Assembly: GCF_009834535.1 (NCBI RefSeq)
Contig: NC_045707.1
Coordinates: 58,716,001 to 58,780,000 of the forward strand
Direction: 5' to 3'
Length of the DNA: 64,000 nt
Source of the DNA: Camelus ferus
Taxonomy: Eukaryota
Position 1 is the stretch's first letter. Each line of letters opens with the position of its first letter. The notes under the pieces are model-generated. The model did not search any database. It worked only from the letters and a program-made list of their open reading frames with translations, and was not told the DNA's origin. The position numbers and the translations under genes are program-made. Below, in pieces: positions 1 to 11,640 of the stretch.

Positions 1-2440
1 ATCAATTCACACCAAAATATGCTATAAACCCTATTTCAATAAAATTATGAAAACTACAATTCAAATTAAATAACTTCTATAAGCCACACTGGATAAACAG
101 ACCAAGTAAGTTACAGATAAGTCAGATCAGATAAAAAGCCACTGACGGATTTCCACAATAAAATTATGATAAAATGACTAAGAAGCTGTGAGAAGCTAGG
201 GTAGATACTATCTGGCTCTTATAGAAAGACCTTAAAACAAATATGTATGCTTCTGTCATTTAAAACTTCAACCTTTTCCCCAATGAGTAATGTACAGTAA
301 TGTACAAATTGAAATTATGCTTAAAAACTGGAAATATATATCAAAACAACAAAACAAAATTTCAAGAGAGGCTTGACTCCTGTGGGACGACTGCCAGGTG
401 TTGCTATGTTTTGGCTGAGTGACTCGGCTGACACTTTGGTCAGTAAGATGTTGGGGGAGGCGGGGGGAGACGTCATAAAGAAACTGCTAATTTGAGTGAA
501 TTGCAAGATGTGAAAATTAAATGAGCAATTTTTTTTTACATGATAGTAAAACCTGATTCTTTAATTAGCCTACTTATACCCAGAACGTGTTTGTAAACAC
601 GTTCTGCCACCTCAAATGAGCAGTTCACATATTTGGAGTTGATTGTTTAAATCGAGAAACAGTTTTTGAAAGTTTTGAAGTATGAATTTTTATAAATATC
701 TGACTTTAAAGCAGAAAGTCTATAGCCATCCATAAATAACCACAGCCAAAAGTGAGGTGATGTGTTTTGTGTAAAGTGAGGCATCACAGGGATAAAATCC
801 TTCTCTCTCCCTGCTCCTCTCACACTTCAAAAAGGAAGAAACTAGATTTAAGACAAATTACATTTAGGTCATCATCATCCTGACTAGATTTAATCATTTA
901 GAATTAAGATATGATTCATGCACTAAAGTCTTTTAGGTGCTAGAAAATTTGATTACATAAGTGTAATTTGTATATATCCTAGAAAAGTTATTTATGAATT
1001 TCTTTTTTATATCACATGTACATCCTTTCTATTAAACTTTATTTTGATATATATCGAGATAGAGATCTATCATTTTGTTAATTCACTACATTTTACTTTA
1101 AGTGGTCTTATTAAAAGCGATGTAACATGGGTCAGAGTGGATTTTGCTTTCCTGTATTTATTTGATTATTTGTTGACATTCACCTATTCAGAATTTCTAC
1201 ATCTAGAAAATCACTATAATGTTACTAATTCTACCAGAAAGAATGAGATCAAGAATACACTTAATTTTGTTTCATAGAAACATATTTAGGAAAGCAATTA
1301 GCACCGTCAAATAATGGCTATGTAAGGAAATACAGGTCATAATTAAGTTGTGAGTAGGTTGGAAAGAAATCTAATGAGATTAAGCTGTAAGTTTTAAAGC
1401 CTGCAGATGGTTGTCATGTTAAAATAATTCTAATTTAATGACTATAAACAAATCAAGCATACTGATTCTGCGTAAAATTTCGTTCAACGTGAAAAAAATT
1501 TGTATCACATACAGAGAATGCAAGGTGCTTTGATTAAATTTTACTTACTGCTTTTTTTCTTCAATAGAATTTAAAATGATATGATGCTAGTAAAAAAAAG
1601 TGATGAAATCAACATAAACATTTCCTGCCACATACATGTATCACAAGGATTACCCCTGGTCTCTTATCCAAGAGGATTATAGGATAAAGGATTTGCAGTG
1701 AAATGAAATTGAGTTTCAGACAGCTTCACTTGCTTAGTATGTTAGTTTCTTATCTTAGAAAGTAGAAAGGTGAATATTTCTATTAAAGATATTTGTACGG
1801 TCTTCCTATTTTATAGAAACTCAAGTATAATTGTTGTCTCATTTAAAGTACTTACTGTTCTGTAGGAATTCTGGACAGTCTTCGTTTTCTTTCCCTCAGA
1901 TTTTTTTTTTCTAAAAGGAAAAAAAACAGCATACACAGTGGTTAGGCGACTACACATAGTTCAGAATTATTTCAGATTACCATGACTATAACTGATTCAT
2001 TTTATTACTTAATATTTCTACTTAAAAATCTTCATACATCAAAATACAATACAATATCATATGTATATTTAGTCAATACAGTATAGAAGGGATAGGGATT
2101 TTAAAGTTGAACATTCAGAGATCAAAGTTCTGTGAGCAGTTTATACACTGATTTTATGAAAGTTAATTATGCTCCCTACACTATAGTTTTTCAACTTGAA
2201 CACTGAAATACTACTAAATTAGGCAGACATTGTTACAGAATATTATATTATTAAATTAATCAAAAAGGAATGATACAATTATTAGTAAATGCCTGCTACT
2301 ATCTTGAGTATGCATGATTATTATAAATTAAACTTATACATATCATGCTATTTTTGAATTTTTTTTTCACTGAAGTTAGGAGGACCTTGATATTTGCCTA
2401 TTTTCAGAGCCAGATCAAGATCCAGACATAAGCTAAGAGT

Positions 2441-2530
2441 GTACATATACATATATACATACACACATATACATATATATTATATATATATACACACACA
2501 CACGGACATATACAAAACACACACACATAA
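2441..2530. repeat. Compound (TA)n/(CA)n low-complexity microsatellite
   Basis: Alternating purine-pyrimidine run gtacatatacatatatacat...acacacacat seen directly. Confidence 0.9.
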
Positions 2531-4624
2531 CCCCATCGGGGGTAAGGAGAAAAATAATCTCACATCATTGTTGATAAAAGTGCAACTTTCAGTTGAGAGA
2601 GTAAGAAAATTAAATCCTTCCCAAGATAAAGATACCAAGAGTTTCTGATTTGGTTTGACAAGTTAGCAACTCACAAATGAAAAAATTTCATGGTGCTAGA
2701 GACAAATACTTTTTTGTATGAATTCTCATCAGTTCTAGTCCTCAAAAAACTAAGTAGAAGGAAAACCAAAGAAGAACAAAATATTTAAAAATAGATTGAT
2801 AATAGGCATATGACTCTGTTTTAAGAATTCTCACAGTGTCTGTTTTCTGCAGAACTACAAAAATCTTCGAATGCCAGCAGCTCCGGCCACTGGCTTACAT
2901 AGGTACTCAGCGGAAAAGATCTGAAGTGACAGCGGTATTTCCAAAGCTGCACTGACGGCATCTGTTCAGGGGTTAAGACTCCAAGGTCTCCTTTCATTGT
3001 ATTCCTGCTCGCAATGCAACTGTTTTCCAGTAAAATCCAGAACAAAGAGCAAAGCAAAAATGCACTTAGATTTGCCTGTCTGCCTCCTAAAATACGCCTC
3101 TGTGCCAGAATCAATTTTAGCTAAGGTTTCTATATATAGTTTCAGGATACTGACACTTTTCCTCTTAAAACAAAAGCTACGACCGAATTCTGGACACACT
3201 TACTGAGATAACAGAGTGACATAATGCTCTTTACGAGAAATATGGAAAAACAAAATCCTGTTACAGAAAGCGAAGGCTTTCTACTAACAAACTAAGAGAA
3301 TACTTGACATTATATGAATTGTATGTTATTACCCACCAAGGGGCAGGCTTCCCAAAGGGAGGCAGTGAAAGGATTAAACTGTTTGTGTGACTTATGAGCG
3401 ATCTGCAGGGATTTGACTTCATTTCGGTTTTGCATGCACATCTATCACAAGGATGAAGGGGCAGGCCTGTCTACTGTAGGGAACAAACAACTGTTTTATT
3501 TTTCATCTACGCCCTGCATGTGGATGTGCGTAGTATTTTCCTGGTGGCTAATTTCTGTCTCTTGCATGTATAACCATCTCTATTTTAAGAGAAAAAAGTG
3601 AAAACAGCACAAGATAATGAACTTTGCACCTTCCATTGTCTATCTGGTTTTTCAGTCATGTGACTGCTGTCGGTAGGGCTGGTATCGAGCCTTGATACTT
3701 TAATGCATTTTTCTAGTACTTCAAAAAAAAAAAAAAAAAACCATGAACCTGTTTAGGTAGGTTTATTTATTTTTCACAAAATATTATATGTGGTCATAGT
3801 CAGTAAAACTGATGGCTTGTTCATGTTCTTTCTATCTAGTTTTAGAAGCAGGCCTGACATGGAGAAAAAAGAAAATTATCTGCGACTTAGGGATTACTAT
3901 TGCTCAACAGGAACTGGAAATCACACTGCTGAAAACTTGCAGCCCTCATCAGAGTTCTGTTGGCAGAATTAAGCAAAACACAGCATGCTTTAGACATTGT
4001 AAATACTACAGATCGCGTTTCTCGTTTTTTGGAGGGGAGGGAACTATTTGTACTCATTTTAACACTGGGCATTTTAAAATGCATAGCTTTTTTTTTTGAG
4101 GGACTTACTAGTTTCAAGAATGACAGATAACTAATATTTACATCCAAACTTTTAAAACTATCTCCACTATTTCATTTGGAGGAAAATATTGATTTTAATG
4201 GAGCTTTTACCAACAGCACTGAGCTAAATATTTCTTTGGGGCTGGATTTTAAGTTTACACTGAATCCTTGCAACATGGCTGCTTGTAAACACTATCCCTT
4301 TAGTCCGAGGTAGGCTGCAATGGTGACAGAATATTGTTTCTGAGTTTTAAATTCCAAGACTGCAAAAGATTGATAAGCTCAGAGTTCTCTTTCTTGTACT
4401 GTCTCCTACTGAAATGCCAAAACTCGAGGTCAGAACATGGTTTCCAAGTTGATGGGTCATTTTCTCAGCACAGATAATGCTATTCCTAAGGGATTTCATT
4501 AGACATCTTTTGGCTTAAATTCTTATTCTTAGAGCAGTAGTCTGCAGAAATTACTTTAAAAAAGAGACACTATCCAGGTCATCACTGACTGAATGCAAGC
4601 TTTTAAACAAAAAAGTAAAGCACC

Positions 4625-5090
4625 ACATGACAACTAAATGGATCACAGGATTCTAGGTTAGATCCTGGACCAATGGGAAAAAATAATTAGCTATTAAGAA
4701 CATTATTCTGACAGTGGATGAAATTTGAATATGGACCATGAATTAGATAATGGTATTATATCAACGGTAAACTGCCTGTGTTTGATACTTGTTCTGTATA
4801 ATGGAAGAGAATGCCCTATTCTCAGGAAATATACTGAAATATATGCTAAAATGTTTAGGATCAACACTGTCTCCAACTTATGCTCAAATGGTTCAAAAAT
4901 ACATGAAGTGTGTACACACACACATATAATATATATACTATATATGTATATCATTTTTATGAGAGAGACAGAGAAGCAGATATATAGGATAAAATGTAAA
5001 CAACTGGTTAATCTAGGTCAAGGGCTTATGAGAACCTTCTGTATTATTCTTCTGTTTTATTAGAGTTTGAAATAGCAAACAAACATTTCC
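4625..5090 (+). mobile_element. Ancient L1 (L1MC4/L1ME-type) 3' end fragment
   Basis: Recalled L1MC 3' UTR motifs in order: gacaactaaatg..gatcctggac, aaatttgaatatggac..attagataatggtatt, ctcaggaaat, ctcaaatggttca. Confidence 0.8.
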
Positions 5091-5519
5091 AAAAAAGAAA
5101 CTCTAAAACTATCCTTTTTTAAAAAAAAATTAAAATACATATAAAATGGCATTTTTCAAAGTCTCTGCAAAATTCTTATTTTGTTCATTAAGCATAAAAT
5201 TGTTTCAATCTGTCTATAACTATGACAGATAATGATGTTTAACTGTAAAAACTACTGGAGATTATTAGGTGATAAGAGAAAAATATTCCATCAAGTAACA
5301 GAGTTAAAAAAAAAAAAAAACAGATGTTCTGTAACCAAATGTAATCACTACAGGCACTTGTGAGGTTATCAGTAGGAACAGTATAGAAGGCAGTAACACA
5401 ATATAGGCTTTCCTTAAAAGGAAGGTAGAAAGCCAAAAAGACAGCACCTCATAATTAGGGCAAAGAACATTTCTGTCTCTTTGTGTCTGACCACTGACAG
5501 CCACTTGAGAGGCTGCAGT

Positions 5520-5900
5520 CTAAGAAGCCTGTCCTCATCACAACAGACGCAAATATTTACCAACAAAGATTGAAAAGAAGCGGGGGCCCGTGTGGGGTGA
5601 AGGGTTTACTCATGGTTTCTGATGTGACATTTTCTTGTGCAAGTCAAAACGCACTATGTAACATTTGTTGGCAGTCAGAGTTAGGACAAAGCACATACTG
5701 GGTTCAGTCATGTTTAACATTTTCATTACACTCAAAATGATGATTGTAGAACGGGGGCCTGATAATGAGGCAGAACAGAATAGCACTCAGTCAGGAGAGA
5801 GCCAGTCTGTACCTTCAAAAGGAGGCTGGGAATTAATTAAACGAAAAGCTTGGGAGAGTTAATTGGGACGGAGTGAAGATTAGGACACTATCAATGCATG
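5520..5900 (+). mobile_element. L3/CR1 LINE reverse-transcriptase fragment (degenerate)
   Basis: ORF 5665 contains ILGSVMFNIFI, resembling the CR1 RT motif VLGPVLFNIFI; boundaries approximate. Confidence 0.65.
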
Positions 5901-6109
5901 AAGAAATAAAACTAATCTTTTAAAAAAGGTAGAGCAGAAAGCCACAGTGAGTGCAGCCAAGGGAGGAGAACCCAGAAGAAAAGTGAGCACCAAGAACAGA
6001 ATTAAGCCCTAGGGGAGCCTCTGTGAGCCATCACCTCCTGGAATAGTGCCCATCATACAAATAAACGTTTGTTGAATGAGTAATATTGCATGTAGACAAA
6101 AGTAAAATG

Positions 6110-6256
6110 AAGTGCCCTGTAGTCCTTGTCTGCCCCTGTCTTACCTAGTGCGGCCCCTAGGCAAGTCACTTCATCTGTTTAGACCTCAACTTTACCAGCT
6201 GTGAAATGAGACGGCGAAAAGAGGCGATTCTCTCTGAGGCCTCTTCCATTTCTAAT
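6110..6256 (+). mobile_element. MIR/MIR3 SINE fragment
   Basis: Core ggcaagtcacttcatc..cctcaact..ctgtgaaatgag followed by MIR3-like tail ctctgaggcctcttccatttctaa. Confidence 0.7.
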
Positions 6257-7789
6257 TTCTCTGTACGTGCTTCTGTTTATTAAAATGGGCAACCATGAAC
6301 ATTTTTGTAGAAGAGCCAGATACGAGTTTTAAATGAAGAGAAATGGGGGCGAGGGGGAGAAATGACTGAGGGAACTGAACACTGGCCGTCAAGCATGGTT
6401 TGTGGCCCTGGGACTTCCGTGAAGCCCAGACTCCTTGCTTTCTTATCACCATCCCATTCCTGTAGGCATTTTGGGGAAGAAAGGCATACTCTTTAATTAG
6501 AAAGGCCTGGTCTAATAGCCTGAAAGACACCTGAAAGTGTGATTTGAAATAAGCTTGCCATGTCAATCTGACCGACTGGAGAGGTGAGCGGGGGTCACTT
6601 TCTCAGCTTTGTCAGAACAGAGCAGAATGTACCTTAGGGTTCTATGTTCAAAGCAAGACAGCTGGTGGTGATACCACTCTAAGGAAACTGGAGGCTAGCT
6701 GAGGGCAGAAGGAGTGTCTCTGTGGGCAGCCAGGGGTGCAAAAGGCGAGGAAGGCACTAGAGAGAGAGAACACAAAAGAACTGGACTGTTTCCAGTGGGT
6801 TTTGATTTCTATACAAATTCTGCTCCTCTAACAATTAGAGGCGGGGGGGGGGGAGCGGATATTTACATAACGTAGATGCTTGCATTATTACTGGCTTTAT
6901 AAAAAGGAGAAGCCAACTGAGTTTCTTTACAAAGGGCTCCAAGGTAGCTATAAATGCCACACGTGTCCTAATAGGATGTGATGAAGTGACAAGAAATAAA
7001 ATAAGTTGACTCAGGTTTCACAAATTTTTGAAGATGGGTGGGGAGAATGGGGCAGAAATTCTGCGTACAGATTTAAGGCTAAAGGAGAGAAAATGGCTTA
7101 TTTAAATCTTGCTTTGCTGCAAATTCAAGCCTAGCAAAGTTCATTGAACAAATAAGCAGGTTTTTGGGATAATGCATGAGAGGTTTACAATTCTATGCTG
7201 ATTGGCTCAAATTTGGATGCATTTGGAGTTTAGTTCGGCACCATGGGATAGAACCAAGCTGGAAATTCAGGGCCCCCTGTGACAAAACCATAGCCTAGAA
7301 GACGTGGTCTTCAGTCTCTTCTATTTACTTGGGGGAACACTTCTAGTGATACAATAGAATTTAAGTAATGTCTTGTGTTAAAGAAGACATCTTGAGAACA
7401 GTTTCTCTCTTCCTTGCTGGTACATTAAAAAAAAAGTGTACAAATACGAACAATAGCAGACATCTAGTCCTAAGTATCCTGCCCTTTTATATTCACATGA
7501 AAACTGCCCTCTTTAAAGATTCACTGTGGGAAGTTATATACTTATTTTTGGAGAAGCAGTATGGTTTAAAAAATAATTGTAACTGCTATTTAGTAAGCTG
7601 CATTCAACAGACTGCATGTATTTATCACATTTATCTTCACAAAAACATAGTGCAGTAGGTACTAAATCTATTTACATATGCGCAAGTTCAGTTCACAACT
7701 TCTTTGGAGTCACTAAGTAGTATCTAGATTCAACTCTCTCTATATCTGAATCCTGTTTTTCCTTTGCAACAAAGTCTCTGAAGTGTTGG

Positions 7790-7935
7790 AATGGACTTTA
7801 AGAAGATAGAAAACCTATTTTCTACACATTCCTCTTTACTTATTAGATGTGTATCCCTTGAAGCAATTCAAGTAAGTTTTCTGCAACTTAATTGCTTCAT
7901 CTGTAAAATGAGGTAATGCAATATTTACCCTAGGA
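7790..7935 (+). mobile_element. MIR SINE fragment
   Basis: acttattagatgtgtatcccttg..cttcatctgtaaaatgaggtaat core. Confidence 0.65.
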
Positions 7936-10900
7936 AAAGATTAGATTAATTGATTTATTGAAGTAGCCTTGATTTCTAAAAGGAATTGAATATATATAAT
8001 TTTAGAGGAACAAAAAGCCTTAAAATATATAAGTAAGTCTTTTCAAGGAACGTACAACATGTAACAGTTGTAAAAATAATCATTACTCTTGGAACTTTTA
8101 CCCCAATGGCATTATTCCTACATTAAGCAAAAGAATCCAAAATCAACAGATGAGGATGTAGTATTGTGGGATTACCTTCAGGATATATTTATGAGAAGCA
8201 TAAAACATGTGTCATACTATTTTTAACTCCAAACATCTACATAGTTCACATAGAATTAGGCAGGAAGTAAAACTGCATGGTCGGGAAATCTAGAGATAAC
8301 TTTGGTTGACTCTAATCAGAGATAGAAAATTTGACTGAATATCTAAGTTAAGAGCTAACTATTAGGTGTGAGGATAAAAGACGTTGAGACTAGAAAACAC
8401 AAAAGCTTGTGTTAACTCAAAGAGCCAAACTCTCAACTCTTTAAAGAACCATGCTTCTTTAATTCCAAGAGCTCTAGAAGTAAAACAAACAAACAAACAA
8501 AAAAACCTCACTTAGAAGGAAACACATTTTCAAAACTAGCTCTTGGAATTAGCTGTGTGGGTATTGGAAGTGGGAGGAATTTCAAAGAATAGAGTGAGAT
8601 TTCCATTCTGAAGGTGAACGCATATGAAGTCATAGTTTCCGAACACTAGACTCTAGACTCCTGCCTCAATGGATGAGAACAAATTGATAAACAGAAAAGA
8701 CCAAAGGGGAGAGGAAACTAAATCAGATACTTGCCATAGGTTAAGAACCAACTACCTAATTCTGAGAAAATGGTTATTTTTCTTAAAATCACCATAAACG
8801 CAGTCCTGTAAAATTCTGAATTAATGCATTATTCAGAGAACTCAAAGATGTTTTAAAACCTAACTATATTTGACAGAAACGGAGAATATCCAACAAATTA
8901 TATGGGGAATGCATAGTTAAATCAGACTAAATTCTTCACTAGAGAAAGCAGTCGAGTGCTGTAGCATGAGATTTGGGGGAGAGTTGAATCACATTTTACT
9001 TACAAATCTGACACTGCTTTACTTGGGTTTGAAACAAGATTTTCATTTCACCCATGAAACGTTATAATGAACAGAATTACGGCAGATCAAGTGAGGCAAT
9101 AACATGGGTGAGCTGTTTTCTCAGCTCTAGTCCTTGATCCTTTAGGTGTCTAATGTGAATGGCAACCAATTGTCACTGACAAAGGGAATAAGACCGAGAT
9201 GAATGCCTCAGAACTAATTCCTTAGAACAGGCAAATTTCCTTGGAGCTAGGACTCTTGTCAGGGATTACTGACCCTCTGACAGAAAGCTCAGCTGAGGAG
9301 CCCAACCTTCGATTTAAAATAATTCGTTTGGAATTACATATTATAGCAAGTGAATTTTTACTGTGTTTCTCAATGGTGTCACTGTGAGTTTGGGTTTTTT
9401 GGGTTTGTGTGTGTGTGTGTGTGCCATGGAATCCCCTAGCATTGTAATTTTCTCTTCGGTCATAGTTTAAGGTCATGTCATTTCTGAAAAGAAACTGATT
9501 ATAATAAAATCACTTCCATATCTTTGATACAGGGGAGAATCAGAAAATGATCATATAATAATTCACTTTAACAGACTTTAATGGAGCCTATGTGGTACCA
9601 TCTACCACATGTGGATTTCCAATTTTGCCAACAATCATAACACGAACTGAAATGTCAACATAATGAAATCATTTAAATGCTAATTATATTAAGAACAGTA
9701 AACTTGCCTGGCAGAGGTTGATGGGAAGTACAGGCCTTCTCCGAGTTGAATACAAATCACAGTCTTATTGTCAGTATTACTGGAGGTGACCCCGCATGAA
9801 GTCACAGTTCCGTCTCTCTAATCAGGCACATCTCAACAATTTACCTTGACTTTCTGTAGGACTATTCCGGGAGTCGTGTGAACCAGAAGAAGTAGAAGAA
9901 AAGGTCCCTGTCCACAGAATCCCAATTCACACCTGGTATGGCAGCACTGAGCACATCATGTTAACGTCGGTTTTTGTGGTCTAACTCCATGACAGTGCGC
10001 TAGGAAGTACACTGCTCGGCATGCGTGAGGTTCTAAATTAAGGTGTGCTGAATTACACTGGAAGAACCCAGTCTCCCTTCTCTACACAGCATCCTCTCAC
10101 TAGAAGTCTATTTTGCCAGTTTGGTGGTGAGGTTGTATCATGGGGCTACCCTTGCTCAGAGACAGACTACATGCTAGCTGTGGTACTGGTTGCTAAGGGC
10201 ATGTGAAAAAGTTACTTGATTTCTACACACTGTTTAGTTACCATATAGGGCATGGAAATGATTTTCAATGATCTCTCATGACATTTATTTATTTAGATTT
10301 ATACCCTGTTTTCAAAAAGGCTTACTTGAGGCTTACATAATTAAATAAATTTTGTTACCATCAACAGAAACGAAGCGGGTACAGGAGACACATTGCCATG
10401 GATGGGCATGTACTCTAGACATTTCCCGTGCAGAATATTGTATTTTACCCTATGGTACCCCACCTCCTCTCGCCCATTATCTACACACTTGCTCACTTAC
10501 AGGTTCTATGAGAAAGAGCCAGGTTAATTCTGTGATGTGTCTAATGTGAAAGTTACATGGTGAGGAACTGACATACATCATCACCTTAACGAGGAATAAG
10601 GGATGACTGTCTGGGTGAGTTAGAAACATTCAAGCCCAAAACAGAACATTCTCCTACGTTCTGTGATAAGCTATCACAGGTTACTCACTGTCCTAAGAGG
10701 TCGTTTCTGTGCTGTACCGCCCTCACGCTCCTTTACTGAAAAGAAGCAAATGCCAAGAGAATAATTTAACACAGAAGACCCAACCAACACACGAGGTGCA
10801 GTTCACTACAACCTGAAATTTAATATTATTTAAAATTGATGATCAGAAGTCTGTGCAGAAGGTATATAATAAAATTTACAAGCTATTTAATGAGGTCAGG

Positions 10901-11169
10901 AAAATGTTTTTCCTGACTTTTTAAAATAAGACTTTTAACATGGGAGGAATCAAAACTCAACCTGTCTCATCTAAATCAGGTCATGATTTAAGGACAACGT
11001 AGGTGGAATTCTAAAAGAAAGTGGAGCTGACAATATCACTTTATCCCTCCACTGAATTTAAACATAAGACTGTTTCAACAACTATCCTCCTTTCTTTTAT
11101 TCCATGAAAGCCTCACCAAAGCATTTGATGTAATGATGTATTTTCCTGTATACCGGGAAATACCTGATG

Positions 11170-11640
11170 TATTTGCTGATGGAATACTTTGGGCAAGGCA
11201 CCTGCCAGGCACAGTTCCAAATGCAAAAATGAGAATTCCCCAGAAATTTCTATCCAGAAGACAGAGTGGAAAAGCGAGAGTTGAAGTCCCTCATAACTCT
11301 TATCCAAATCAGACTAGGATGAGATCTCCTTGAATACAAACTAAAATCCAGTGGAGCAGCAAAAATCCTAATGGCACAGGGTATAGGAAAGAAGATCAAT
11401 TCTCTGTATGAGTTTGGATAGCAAGAAGTGTCTCAGAGGGACCAGCTATGGATGAGGAAAAGCACTAGGCATGCTTGGGTTCTAGAGAGTAGATTGGCCT
11501 GACAGGAGAATATGGTGTACAGAAGGAGAGAGAAGTTAGGCAGGAAAATTAGGTTGGACCATAGACAATCTTAGAATGAGATTACAGAAGGCAACAAGGA
11601 GCAAATGCAGGTTTCTCAAGAGATCAATTTAGCAAGGTGA
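11170..11640 (-). mobile_element. L2 LINE fragments
   Basis: Antisense L2 tail (gccaggcacagt) and purine-rich L2 body motifs (aaggcaacaaggagcaaatgcaggttt); boundaries approximate. Confidence 0.5.

Noticed and set aside
4725..5063. 112-aa ORF
   Set aside because: Within an L1MC 3' UTR fragment and crosses a simple repeat
9860..9935. Plus-strand 76-nt exon-like segment with GAAGAA motifs
   Set aside because: Weak donor, and the surroundings resemble a decayed MIR
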